This document shows, one piece after another, positions 50,555-60,543 of a DNA stretch of 64,000 bases. The notes under the pieces were generated by a model. It ran no database searches. It had not been told where the DNA came from and saw only the letters and a program-made list of their open reading frames with translations. Both the position numbers and the translations under genes were made by a program. Each line of letters begins with the position of its first letter. Within the stretch, counting starts at the first letter, position 1. Where the stretch lies: assembly GCA_049419605.1 (NCBI GenBank), contig JBMSKF010000002.1:26026-90025 (forward strand), given 5' to 3'. This stretch comes from Bacilli bacterium. Lineage in GTDB: Bacteria > Bacillota_I > Bacilli_A > RFN20 > CAG-826.

Positions 50555-51670
50555 ATGAAAGTTGGCATCGATTTAATTAACTTCTATACACCACAAGTGT
50601 ATTTAGACTTAGCTGAGTTAGCTTCCGTCCGCCAAGTTCCTGTAGAAAAATATACGGTGGGAATCGGTCAAGAAAAAATGTCTTTAATTGATCCGTTTGA
50701 AGACATCGTCACCATGGCAGCAGAAGCTGCCTACGACATTGTCAAAGGTCGTGAACAAGATATAGGATTGGTTTTATTTGCTACTGAATCTGGTGTTGAT
50801 TATTCAAAATCGGCAGGCGTTTATTTACATGCTTTGCTTCAATTAAATCATAATTGTCGTGTATTGGAAGTGAAGCAAGCGTGTTTTGCTGCGACTGGGG
50901 CGTTGTTGCTTGCCAAGGATTATGTTGCGTTACATCCTGATAAATTAGCACTTGTCATCGCCAGCGATGTTGCTTGGTATGGCTTGAATACACCTGGAGA
51001 AGTCACCCAAGGTGCAGGCGCAGTTGCGATGTTGGTGAGTGTGAATCCTCGTCTCGCTGTGATTGAAGAAGGAAAAGCGATTGTAGAAAACAGTAAGGAT
51101 TTTTATAGACCCTCTTACAATGAGGTTCCCATTGTAGACGGTAAATTATCTATTCGCAGTTATAAAGAATTACTCAAACAAGTAAAACCTGAAAAACCAC
51201 TCAAATTCGTTTGTTTTCATATGCCGTTTGCTACCATGAGCGATAAAGCAAGCGAGGTCTTAACGTTACCTTTGACCCCAGAAGTTTTGCTAGCTACAAA
51301 AGCATTCAATAAAGAAGTTGGCAATATTTATAATGGGTCTTTATACCTTTCATTGATTTCGTTATTAACAACCTATCCTGAATCTTTGATAAACCAAACG
51401 ATTGGTATGTTTTCTTATGGCTCAGGAGCGACTGGAGAAACCTTCTATTTAACCATGCAACCCCAATATGAAAAAATCATCGATAAAAATGCGTTTTTAA
51501 GTTTAGTTCAACAAAGAAGAAAGGCTGATTTTTCAACTTATGAAAGGTTAATGTCGGGCTATGAACATCGTGAAAAAAGTTTAAATTTCACCACCACCAT
51601 TCCTAATTCAAAACACCGATTTGTTTTAACTGCGATTGTGAATGGTCATCGAGAATATTTAAAACGATAA
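50555..51670 (+). CDS. mvaS: HMG-CoA synthase
   Basis: 'MKVGIDLINFYTP', the catalytic Cys in 'VKQACFAATGAL' and a late 'NGSLY'. Confidence 0.9.
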   Translation: MKVGIDLINFYTPQVYLDLAELASVRQVPVEKYTVGIGQEKMSLIDPFEDIVTMAAEAAYDIVKGREQDIGLVLFATESGVDYSKSAGVYLHALLQLNHNCRVLEVKQACFAATGALLLAKDYVALHPDKLALVIASDVAWYGLNTPGEVTQGAGAVAMLVSVNPRLAVIEEGKAIVENSKDFYRPSYNEVPIVDGKLSIRSYKELLKQVKPEKPLKFVCFHMPFATMSDKASEVLTLPLTPEVLLATKAFNKEVGNIYNGSLYLSLISLLTTYPESLINQTIGMFSYGSGATGETFYLTMQPQYEKIIDKNAFLSLVQQRRKADFSTYERLMSGYEHREKSLNFTTTIPNSKHRFVLTAIVNGHREYLKR

Positions 51671-51671
51671 T

Positions 51672-52490
51672 TTACTTCAATAAATTCTTCATTGCCTTGG
51701 CAATCATGTTCGTGGCAAATTTAGGAAATAATCGACTTAATTTATCTAACAGTTTAGCATCGTTACCTACCACAAGACGATAGCGATCTTGTTTTACGCC
51801 TAGGTTAACAATCATCCCCGCAGCTTTTTCAGGACTCAATGTTTTTTGAGATTTTGCCATTTTTTCTGCTTCAGCTTTTGACATATTCATATCCACACCC
51901 GAATTTGTTGTAATATTCGTTCCAATTGCTCCTGGAAATACCACGGTTACTCGGACTGATGTATCCTTTAATTCAGCATAAAGCGCCTCGGTTAACAATT
52001 TCACTGCCGCTTTTGACGCCCCATAGACCGCTTGACCCGGGACTGGTGTGAAGCCTCCCATACTGGAGATGTTGACTAAATTAGCTTCTGGTCTTTGGAT
52101 GAGTTTGGGTAGAAAAGCACGACACATATTTAAAGTTCCATAAAAATTGATGCGCATAACACGATCAATATCTTTATTTTGTAAATGCATTACTTTGACA
52201 AACGGTTGAATAATACCAGCATTATTGATTAATCCATCAATTGGCCCGAGACCCTTTTCAATAAGGTCTGGCATTGCTAAAACTTTTTCATCATGGGTTA
52301 TATCGAGAATATAGGTTCTAAGATTCTTATTATTAGGTTTGGCAACGCGTTCCGTTTCTTTTAGAAAAGCTTCGGAAATATCTAAGGCTGCCACTTTTGC
52401 TCCTTGACGAAGTAACTCAAGTGTTAAAGCCCGTCCTACTCCATTACCTGCTCCGGTGATGACAAAAACCTTACCATTTAAATTTTTCAT
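51672..52490 (-). CDS. Short-chain dehydrogenase/reductase (SDR)
   Basis: 'VITGAGNGVGRA' (TGxxxGxG), 'NNAG' and 'YGASKAA' (YxxxK). Confidence 0.88.
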   Translation of the reverse strand: MKNLNGKVFVITGAGNGVGRALTLELLRQGAKVAALDISEAFLKETERVAKPNNKNLRTYILDITHDEKVLAMPDLIEKGLGPIDGLINNAGIIQPFVKVMHLQNKDIDRVMRINFYGTLNMCRAFLPKLIQRPEANLVNISSMGGFTPVPGQAVYGASKAAVKLLTEALYAELKDTSVRVTVVFPGAIGTNITTNSGVDMNMSKAEAEKMAKSQKTLSPEKAAGMIVNLGVKQDRYRLVVGNDAKLLDKLSRLFPKFATNMIAKAMKNLLK

Positions 52491-52560
52491 AAAAGTCTCC
52501 TTAATTTCATTATAATCATCTCTTTTTGATATGAGTTAAAACTTGTTATAATAATCGCAA

Positions 52561-53214
52561 ATGAAATACGCTATTTATGATTTTGATGGAACTTTATTAC
52601 AGGCACAAACTGTACCTTTTATTTTGCAACATTGGGAAGAAAGAAAACTCTCACCTCAACTATTCAAAAAAATAAAAACCAAAATATATTTCCGATATAT
52701 TTTGCTTAAGTTAAAAGTATTTGGCATTAATAAAGATGAATTTCGTTACTGGGCAATGGCCCAAGTCGGCGAACTTTTTGGATCAATATCCATTGAAGAA
52801 TTAAGTGTTTTTTTGGATTCCTTATTCGAAAAATCGAAACAAAAACTCCATAAAAAAGTAGTCAAACAAATCCAAAAGGATAAGCAAGAGGGTCACACTA
52901 CAGTCCTAGTATCGGGCAACTTTGATGTCTTTTTGGAGCGGTATCGTCACCTTGGTTTTGATCATATCCTTGGTACATCTTTGTTTAATCAAGATGGGAA
53001 AGTTGAAAAGAATCTCAAGATCCTTTCTGCGGATTTAAAAGTTCCTTCATTAATGAAATACTTTAAGACGATTCTTTGGGATAAAACCAAAGCATACTCG
53101 GATTCATTTGCCGACATCGAACTTCTTTCTAAAGTTAAAGAGGCTATTTGTGTGACACCAGATAAAAAATTACTCAAACATGCCCAAGCGAATCAGTGGC
53201 GCGTTATTCTTTAG
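52561..53214 (+). CDS. HAD-superfamily hydrolase (subfamily IB-like)
   Basis: Motif I 'IYDFDGTLL', 'VSGN' and a late 'YSDSFADIELL'. Confidence 0.8.
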   Translation: MKYAIYDFDGTLLQAQTVPFILQHWEERKLSPQLFKKIKTKIYFRYILLKLKVFGINKDEFRYWAMAQVGELFGSISIEELSVFLDSLFEKSKQKLHKKVVKQIQKDKQEGHTTVLVSGNFDVFLERYRHLGFDHILGTSLFNQDGKVEKNLKILSADLKVPSLMKYFKTILWDKTKAYSDSFADIELLSKVKEAICVTPDKKLLKHAQANQWRVIL

Positions 53215-53551
53215 TTTGTCGTAATAAACCAATTATCAATAAAGTGATTGCAGCAATTAAGAAATAGATTTCACCTTTAAAACTTGCTAAGGCTATTTCA
53301 TATATTCCTTTTAGTATTAATTGCACAACAAGCGTTGATAAACCTAGTCTATATAAGGTCCAACCAAGTGAAGGAAGATTATTTTTTCTCAACCAGATTT
53401 CCAATGTACTTCCAAGTAACGGGATTGAAAAAACACCAACCATCCAAAGATTAAACACACCTGGAACAAAGCTTAAATAGACATAAGAAAAAACACCAAG
53501 GAAAGCACTCGCCATAAGATATCCAATGATTATCTTTAATTTATAATTCAT
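53204..53551 (-). CDS. Small 4-TM membrane protein, last gene of the glyco-module
   Basis: Hydrophobic, 115 aa from 'MNYKLKII'. It overlaps the upstream gene's end by 11 nt. Confidence 0.55.
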   Translation of the reverse strand: MNYKLKIIIGYLMASAFLGVFSYVYLSFVPGVFNLWMVGVFSIPLLGSTLEIWLRKNNLPSLGWTLYRLGLSTLVVQLILKGIYEIALASFKGEIYFLIAAITLLIIGLLRQTKE

Positions 53552-54464
53552 AACCCACATAGACGATATCGCTGATGGATCGTTCTGAAATCGTAGAACC
53601 ACTATTCACAGGTTTGTTGATAATTCTACCGTTAAACCACATAGTTGCAGAACCACCACCATCTAAGTTATATGCAAAAGTAGCATTGTATTCAACAAAG
53701 ATAGAGGCTAACTCATATACAGATAAACCAGCACTTTCGTCTGTTCTACCATCAGAGACAACAAACATAAATTGATGTTGAGAAATTTGGCCAATCGCCG
53801 TTCTTGGGTTACTTGAAAGTTCATTAGGTACTTTCGTTGATGGTGTAACTACCAATTCACTATCGTTAATTAAGACGGGGCCAAATGACCAAACTTGCCA
53901 AGGTTGCATTTGATTTAAAGTCTGCAAACTGGTTTCCGCTTCTGCAAAGGTACTCATCACGCCATTATCGTTTAATATGATTGCATCATCAGATTCTTGC
54001 GGTCTAGGAGTAATCCGATATGCAATGCCATTTCGGACTACAAAACCTATATCTCTAAACCCATAATAGTCTCCATTGACTGCAAAAATGGCATTTTTAC
54101 GATTCGCAATGACTGAGGTTTTCTCTTTGTAATTTTTACCATATGTGTCGTATCCAAACGCTGATTTAATGAAACGATGGTTATGGGTTGTGACAACGGC
54201 AACATAAACTTGCGTTTCATAACGTCTAATGACGTTGATTTGTAAATTGATTTGTGAATCAACATAACCAAATTCAGTAAAGGTAGGAACGATACTTGTT
54301 GTTTGAGAAGAAGTTGAATTTGGTTGGACTGAAGAATCTAAGATATTCGATCCACTTGTACCACCTACTCGAAAAACAAATGTATCAAGAAGCGAATAAC
54401 TACTTGAGATGGTTAGTCCGGTCATATAAAGAATGGTCAGGAGTTGGAGTGATTTTTTTCTCAT
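53541..54464 (-). CDS. Phosphodiester glycosidase family protein (DUF2233/NAGPA-like), signal-anchored
   Basis: 'AVNGDYYGFRDIGFVVRNG', 'NPRTAIGQ', 'FVVSDGR' and 'AYNLDGGGSATM'. Confidence 0.8.
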   Translation of the reverse strand: MRKKSLQLLTILYMTGLTISSSYSLLDTFVFRVGGTSGSNILDSSVQPNSTSSQTTSIVPTFTEFGYVDSQINLQINVIRRYETQVYVAVVTTHNHRFIKSAFGYDTYGKNYKEKTSVIANRKNAIFAVNGDYYGFRDIGFVVRNGIAYRITPRPQESDDAIILNDNGVMSTFAEAETSLQTLNQMQPWQVWSFGPVLINDSELVVTPSTKVPNELSSNPRTAIGQISQHQFMFVVSDGRTDESAGLSVYELASIFVEYNATFAYNLDGGGSATMWFNGRIINKPVNSGSTISERSISDIVYVGYEL

Positions 54465-55501
54465 TTTTTAAATATATATTTCTTTTGGACCCGATAGGAA
54501 ATGATAAACAAAATTGAATCTACCAATATTTTTGCAAATTGATGCGAGAGTAAATTAAACGATGTAATCGCATCTGTAAAGAATGCGGACAAGGCCATGA
54601 TTAATAAAAAGAGAACAAGATACTGAATGCTTGATTTAACAAATCGTACATCCGATTCAAAGGTATAAAAACGGTTCACCCCATAATTAAAGATTCCAGA
54701 TAAGACTCTTGCAAACAACACTGCTAGTATAATTCTCCAACTTCCTTCAATTAGTTCGTAAAAGAAAAGAAATAGTGCATAGTCAATTAAAAAACTTAAT
54801 AGGCCAACGAAAATAAATCGAACAAAAGATTTTAATAATATTTGATAAATGAGGATGGAATCTTTCCAAGGATTAAAGGAACTGATTGCTCCTTCTTGGT
54901 TATAAATGGTTTTCACTGGCACTTGAACCATGTTTACACCTTGTAAGGCGATTAATTTCAGCATTGCCATTTCGTAATCATATCGATTTTGTGGAATTAA
55001 AATTAGTTTTTGTAATAACCACTTAGGGATGGCACGAAGACCATTTTGAGTGTCCATGATGGTTTGTTTTGTCACCCATGAAAAAACTTTACGAGTGATC
55101 AAATTGCCTAAGCGATTTCTTAACGGTGTTTTATTATCAAATAATCTTGTACCAATATAAAATGAGTCGCTTTCTTGATCAATCAAGTGAATCATTTTGA
55201 GAATATCTTCATAGGGGTGTTGACCATCAGCGTCTGCTGTGACAACGCCATATACAGTGTCTAATTTTTTAAGTACGTACTTGAATGCTGTTTTTAAAGC
55301 AGCCCCTTTACCTAGATTCTTTGAATGGTGAAGTAACGTAATACCCGTCAGTTTTTTAAATATATCTTGGTCTTGATTTCCGTCATCAACAACAATAATT
55401 GGACCGAAAAAAGTTTTTTGTAATCGTTGAATCAAGACCACAAGATTTTGATTGGGTCTATAGGCAGGAATGATGAGTGCAACTGCATGATCAGAATTCA
55501 T
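54461..55501 (-). CDS. Family 2 glycosyltransferase fused to a GtrA-like 4-TM domain
   Basis: N-terminal 'LIIPAYRPN...VVDDG...ADADGQH' and a C-terminal GtrA-type 'FIFVGLLSFLIDYALF...NYGVNRFYTF'. Confidence 0.85.
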   Translation of the reverse strand: MNSDHAVALIIPAYRPNQNLVVLIQRLQKTFFGPIIVVDDGNQDQDIFKKLTGITLLHHSKNLGKGAALKTAFKYVLKKLDTVYGVVTADADGQHPYEDILKMIHLIDQESDSFYIGTRLFDNKTPLRNRLGNLITRKVFSWVTKQTIMDTQNGLRAIPKWLLQKLILIPQNRYDYEMAMLKLIALQGVNMVQVPVKTIYNQEGAISSFNPWKDSILIYQILLKSFVRFIFVGLLSFLIDYALFLFFYELIEGSWRIILAVLFARVLSGIFNYGVNRFYTFESDVRFVKSSIQYLVLFLLIMALSAFFTDAITSFNLLSHQFAKILVDSILFIISYRVQKKYIFKK

Positions 55502-56781
55502 TAATGTTTTAATTTCTTTTTCAACAATTGTTGCAACGTTGGGAATGGAAATTGTTGAGCAACAACGACGATAATGCCGGCAACTAAACCTGCCGTAAAT
55601 CCATTGTTATATAAATCAAAACCACCTTGTAAAGCCAATGCTTGAGGTAAAACCAAAAGATGAATAAAACCCGCCAACACACCATAAAATAATCCGAATT
55701 TACCACTCACTGGTGCAAGTGCCGTCACAAACAATAGTGCAATACTAGGTTCTGGTAAAGTTAAACTAAAACCTTCCACAAATGAGGCGAGCATTAAACC
55801 AAAGATGACGGGGTAACTATTAAGAATATGTTTTCCATAAGCTCCAAACGCCATAAAAGTGAATGTTCCAGCCACAATTGGCCCAGATAACGGAATGTTA
55901 TTCAGCCCAAGTATCACTAAACTAAATAAGCCAATACTGCCAACATTTAACAATGTGGCAGCCAAACCAAAATCTTTATAAAAATCTGAGGGTAAGTTAC
56001 CTGGGCTTTTGATTAATCGCAACCATGGTCTATATGCTTGACGATGAATTAAGAACGATGAACCAACCAAAAAAACTGAGATTGAAGCGATCAACCAGAA
56101 TAAAGTATCGTGAAAAGCAAACGTGAGGGTAGTAGGAACAGAAATCTCGATTTGTAATGCTTTTAACGTTGCTGTAAATACCATGGCGATAAAACCTAAA
56201 CCAAAACCGGTGTTATATAAGTTATAACCCTGATGAAATTTACCAACAATTGAAACGACCATCGGAGTTAACCAACCCGCCAACACACCACCTAATATTC
56301 CTAAAGGGATGCTAATCCATAAACTCAATGAAGGAATACCAAACATTAAAAAACTTGTCACAGGTGCAATGCCACTACTAAATAGAAATGTTCCTGTGTA
56401 TTGGCTAATTTTCGTTCTAGATAATTTTGTATATAGCCAAAAACCCAACCAAACAGGAATGATATTCAGTAAATTTTTCCCAAAAAAAGCAAAAGCAAAA
56501 ATCGTGAGAACACCCGCAAACGCTACACCAGAAAATTTCACCTTGAATTGATGGAGTAATAAAATCGTCACAGCACTTACTATCCAAACGTTGACTAAAG
56601 TAGAGTGGAAACCACCAATGGCAAGATAATCTGTAATCAATAATGAAGGATGAAGGTAAATAGAAACTAGACCATTCCACATTGGCATAAACGGCCCAGA
56701 TAATAACAAAATAATCAAACCAATGACGAAGAAACCAAGTAAGAATTTAAAGGGGATTTTAATTTCAGGAAACATCATCAT
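55501..56781 (-). CDS. Polytopic (>=10 TM) membrane protein, family not recognised; first gene of the glyco-module
   Basis: 426 aa, almost entirely hydrophobic. Its stop overlaps the GT2 start (TAATG). Confidence 0.65.
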   Translation of the reverse strand: MMMFPEIKIPFKFLLGFFVIGLIILLLSGPFMPMWNGLVSIYLHPSLLITDYLAIGGFHSTLVNVWIVSAVTILLLHQFKVKFSGVAFAGVLTIFAFAFFGKNLLNIIPVWLGFWLYTKLSRTKISQYTGTFLFSSGIAPVTSFLMFGIPSLSLWISIPLGILGGVLAGWLTPMVVSIVGKFHQGYNLYNTGFGLGFIAMVFTATLKALQIEISVPTTLTFAFHDTLFWLIASISVFLVGSSFLIHRQAYRPWLRLIKSPGNLPSDFYKDFGLAATLLNVGSIGLFSLVILGLNNIPLSGPIVAGTFTFMAFGAYGKHILNSYPVIFGLMLASFVEGFSLTLPEPSIALLFVTALAPVSGKFGLFYGVLAGFIHLLVLPQALALQGGFDLYNNGFTAGLVAGIIVVVAQQFPFPTLQQLLKKKLKH

Positions 56782-56824
56782 TATTATATTTTATTCCTCA
56801 CCTTAAACAAGTAAAATAGTGGTT

Positions 56825-57406
56825 ATGTTAAAAGAACAAATTGCAGCGTATGAACCTTACAATGAACAGGAAGCTTTTGATAAAAAAGCCATCCTTGCTT
56901 TTATCGATCGAAATCCCGATTATCTTCTTCGCTCCAATCTTATAGCGCATTTTACGGTTTCTACGATTGTTGTGAATCCAAGTATGGATAAAGTGTTATT
57001 TGCCCATCACAACATATATCAATCATGGGGTTGGTTAGGTGGACACAACGATGGAGATGAAGATATGCTCCATGTTGCGATGAAAGAAACAGAAGAAGAA
57101 TCGGGATTAAAAAAAATTAAACCCTTTTCAAAGGATATTTTTATGTTGGATACCATCTATGTTCCCAACCATATCAAGCATGGTAAACATGTTTCTGATC
57201 ATTTACACCTCAACGCGACTTATTTGGTAATTGCAGATGAAACGGAAACACCTGTAGTGAATATAGAAGAAAATTCGGGTGTGAAATGGTTTTTAATTTC
57301 GGAAGTGCTAAACATTGTGCACGAACCTAGAATGATTCCAATTTATCAAAAGGCATTTGAAAAGATTAAATTAATTAAAAATCTTAATATGAAAACGTCG
57401 CTTTAA
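56825..57406 (+). CDS. NUDIX hydrolase
   Basis: Nudix box 'GGHNDGDEDMLHVAMKETEEESGL'. I chose the ATG at 56825. Confidence 0.85.
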   Translation: MLKEQIAAYEPYNEQEAFDKKAILAFIDRNPDYLLRSNLIAHFTVSTIVVNPSMDKVLFAHHNIYQSWGWLGGHNDGDEDMLHVAMKETEEESGLKKIKPFSKDIFMLDTIYVPNHIKHGKHVSDHLHLNATYLVIADETETPVVNIEENSGVKWFLISEVLNIVHEPRMIPIYQKAFEKIKLIKNLNMKTSL

Positions 57407-58549
57407 CCATAAAACTAAGAATAGATTAACTGTATTTGCAATCACAATCACTCCATAAATTGGCCAAGTTGTATTTGTTAAATCTAGAATAGCCCCTGAA
57501 AATAGAGTTCCTAGAATTGCTGCCACTCCATATGCGGTAAATAATTTACCATAAAGTGATGAAAAAAGTTCTTTTGGAAAGATGGTCTTTATTGAAAGAG
57601 GCATCAACGCCATCCAATTGCCTAACCCAAACCAGAACGCTCCAAAGCTAATTGCGTATAACGTTTCGTTAGTGCCACCATTAAATAGAGAAATAAAACC
57701 ACTCAAAATTAGTGAAATTAAACTTAAAAAAGCCACTTTAAAAAAACCAAATCGATCTACAAGTCCTCCAAAGAATGGTCGAGAAACACCGTTCAATAAT
57801 GAGAAAATTGATATCGCCACCGTTACAAAGGTTGGGTCAAACTGATAATTCGTCACCCCAATTGGAAAACTTAATCCAACAATGGTTAAACCAGATAAAA
57901 GGGATAAAACATAAACAACATATAAAGATTGAAAGGATTTATGATCATAGGTTGTGATTGTTTTTTTAACTTGATGGTGGTGATTAATTTCCACGGGTAT
58001 TGTTTGAAATAAGGGCCATATGCATACCAAGAATACACCCAACGAAATCCAACCTAAAAGCATCATCGTATATTGAATTGTATTGGTTGCAAGCAACGTT
58101 GCAATGATGGGGGTCATCACCGTGTTAGACAAGCCAAAACCCATCAATACTAAACCCGAATATAAACCAATTCGTTTATCAAATAATCGTTGCACAAGAT
58201 AGATGGGAACTCCATAAAGTAATCCAACACCACTCCCAAGGAAAATACCGTATGTCAAAATAAGGACATAAAAATTACTTGCAAGACTTGATAACCAAAA
58301 ACCACATACGAATAACACCACACCGAGAATGACAATTTGTTTTCGATATTGATTTATCCATTTACCAGCAATCAACATCGTGACCGCATAACTCACCAAC
58401 GACGTCATATAAGGTAAGCCACTCAAGCTAGAACTAATCTGATAAGTGGATTCTGCTTCCACGCGAAAAACACCCCAAGCATAGACACTACCTAATAAAA
58501 GCATTAATAGGATCGATTGTATTAAGAAGTAGAAACGAGAAAATTTCAT
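57371..58549 (-). CDS. MFS transporter (oxalate/formate antiporter-like family)
   Basis: 12 TM helices. The N-terminal 'GSVYAWGVF' is typical of the OFA family. Confidence 0.8.
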   Translation of the reverse strand: MKFSRFYFLIQSILLMLLLGSVYAWGVFRVEAESTYQISSSLSGLPYMTSLVSYAVTMLIAGKWINQYRKQIVILGVVLFVCGFWLSSLASNFYVLILTYGIFLGSGVGLLYGVPIYLVQRLFDKRIGLYSGLVLMGFGLSNTVMTPIIATLLATNTIQYTMMLLGWISLGVFLVCIWPLFQTIPVEINHHHQVKKTITTYDHKSFQSLYVVYVLSLLSGLTIVGLSFPIGVTNYQFDPTFVTVAISIFSLLNGVSRPFFGGLVDRFGFFKVAFLSLISLILSGFISLFNGGTNETLYAISFGAFWFGLGNWMALMPLSIKTIFPKELFSSLYGKLFTAYGVAAILGTLFSGAILDLTNTTWPIYGVIVIANTVNLFLVLWLKRRFHIKIFN

Positions 58550-58614
58550 ATATCGACTATTGTATCGATAGCAAAAAGGATGTCAAATTAAATTTAATGA
58601 ATTTTATAGAATGA

Positions 58615-60144
58615 TTAAATTTTATAGATTTTGCTAAATTTTTCTTCTAAATAATCGCAATAATAGGATGGATTTAAATCTTCACCTGTTACTTTTTTGA
58701 GAAGGGCAAAAGGCGGATAAAGTTTCCCATAAGCATAGACATGTTTAGAAAACCATTCACGAATAGGTAATAGGTTTTTGCTCTTAATGGTTTTTTCCAA
58801 CGATAAATCCTTTTCCATGGTCTTGAGTAATTGAATGGAAATGGCATTTCCGAGTGCGTAAGAAGGGAAATAGCCAAAAGCACCACCAGACCAATGAACA
58901 TCTTGTAAGCATCCTGTACGATTGTTTTTAGGTTGAATACCGAGATAACTTTGGTAAAGTTCATTCCAAGCTTGCGGTAAATCTTTTACTTTCAATGAAC
59001 CTTCAATCAATCGCTTTTCTAGCTCATATCGAACCATGATGTGCAGGCTATACGTTAATTCATCAGATTCTGTACGAATGAGAGACGCCTTTGCAACGTT
59101 GATTGCTTGGTAATATTCTTCAATGGTTACATCTTTAAATTGGTCTTTAAATTGTTTTTTTAATTCAGGAAAAACTAGTTTTGTAAACGCATAAGATCGA
59201 CCCAAAACATTTTCATAAAACCTAGATTGAGACTCATGGATTGACATTGCTGCACCACGACCCAGGATAGTTCCTTTTACTTTAGGTCCGATGTTTTGTT
59301 CATAGATTCCATGACCACCTTCGTGAGCAGTGGAATAAATATTTGAGATGAAATTATCTTCATAAATATGGGTTGTGACTCTGACATCATTTGGAGTAAT
59401 CTCACTACTAAAAGGGTGAACAGATTCTGCAAGCACACCCGCGTTTAAGTCATACCCAATTAGCGTTAATAAAGATTTGGCATATGATAATTGTTCGTGT
59501 TTTGGAAATTTACGTGACATGAAATCTGTGCGAATTTTAACCTTTGATTGTTGAATTTTTTTAAGTAAAGGAACAATTCTTGCTTTCAAGGTTGCAAAGA
59601 ATGCATCAAGTTTTTCAATCGTATTGCCTTCTTCATAGTCATCCAATAATTGATTATAGAGTGGACCGGGAACGGTTTTCGTTAAGGTTGTAAATTTTCT
59701 AACATAAAACAGAATCTTTTCTAAATAAGGAGCATATGCATCAAAATCATCATTAGATTTTGCTTTTTCCCACGCCACTTGTGCTTTTGATAAGAGTACA
59801 GCATAATCCTGATAATCTTTCGGATCTATTTTTTTGAGTTGATCTATTTTTTTGCGTTCTAAGAAAACAATTCTTTTCATTTCTGGCGTCAGCTCTTGCT
59901 CGCGAGATTTTAAATCGGTGATGAGTTGATCATAAGCAGGATCGTTTTGATGTTTAAAATCCTCTAAGGCCCAAAACCCCATCGCTTCAGAACGTTCTTT
60001 TACTGCCCCGTCATTTTTAGGGGCAATGGTTTGCGCATCAAAACTAGCGACATTCATAATGTAATCAAAAGCTTTCGTTTTTTCGTAATGTTTGTCGAAT
60101 TGGGCTAAAAGCGTTTTTAAGTCTTTTTCTGTGGATGTTGCCAT
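58615..60144 (-). CDS. Carboxypeptidase, M32 family (Taq-type)
   Basis: 'HEGGHGIYEQ' (HExxH), 'HESQSRFYEN' and 'IRTESDELTY'. Confidence 0.9.
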   Translation of the reverse strand: MATSTEKDLKTLLAQFDKHYEKTKAFDYIMNVASFDAQTIAPKNDGAVKERSEAMGFWALEDFKHQNDPAYDQLITDLKSREQELTPEMKRIVFLERKKIDQLKKIDPKDYQDYAVLLSKAQVAWEKAKSNDDFDAYAPYLEKILFYVRKFTTLTKTVPGPLYNQLLDDYEEGNTIEKLDAFFATLKARIVPLLKKIQQSKVKIRTDFMSRKFPKHEQLSYAKSLLTLIGYDLNAGVLAESVHPFSSEITPNDVRVTTHIYEDNFISNIYSTAHEGGHGIYEQNIGPKVKGTILGRGAAMSIHESQSRFYENVLGRSYAFTKLVFPELKKQFKDQFKDVTIEEYYQAINVAKASLIRTESDELTYSLHIMVRYELEKRLIEGSLKVKDLPQAWNELYQSYLGIQPKNNRTGCLQDVHWSGGAFGYFPSYALGNAISIQLLKTMEKDLSLEKTIKSKNLLPIREWFSKHVYAYGKLYPPFALLKKVTGEDLNPSYYCDYLEEKFSKIYKI

Positions 60145-60201
60145 AATTTATTTCCTTATTGAGATTCATTTTAAACCTTTATAATAAATTTGTAATTAAA
60201 A

Positions 60202-60543
60202 ATGAAAAACTCAAGTCCCATCCCAACTTATATCAAAGAATTTAGTTCGGATTTAAAATCCCGGTTAGAAAAGGTTTATCGCATCATAAAGTCACAAATT
60301 CCGGAAGCAACAGAAACTTTCGCATATCAAATGCCTACGTTTAAAAAAAAGAAGAATTTGATTCATTTTGCGGGATATCAACACCATATTGGCATTTATC
60401 CTGGACCCAAAGGAATTGTCTATATCAAGTCCATTATGCCAAATGCAATCACAAGTAAAGGAACTTGGAAGTTGATGCATACCGATCCTATTCCTGAAAA
60501 AGAGTTACTTCAACTTTGTCGATGGATTGAAGACCAACCATGA
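60202..60543 (+). CDS. DUF1801 (YdhG-like) domain protein, second copy
   Basis: 'IPEATETFAYQMPTF' and 'LIHFAGYQHHIGIYPG'. It is ATGA-coupled to chrA. Confidence 0.7.
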   Translation: MKNSSPIPTYIKEFSSDLKSRLEKVYRIIKSQIPEATETFAYQMPTFKKKKNLIHFAGYQHHIGIYPGPKGIVYIKSIMPNAITSKGTWKLMHTDPIPEKELLQLCRWIEDQP

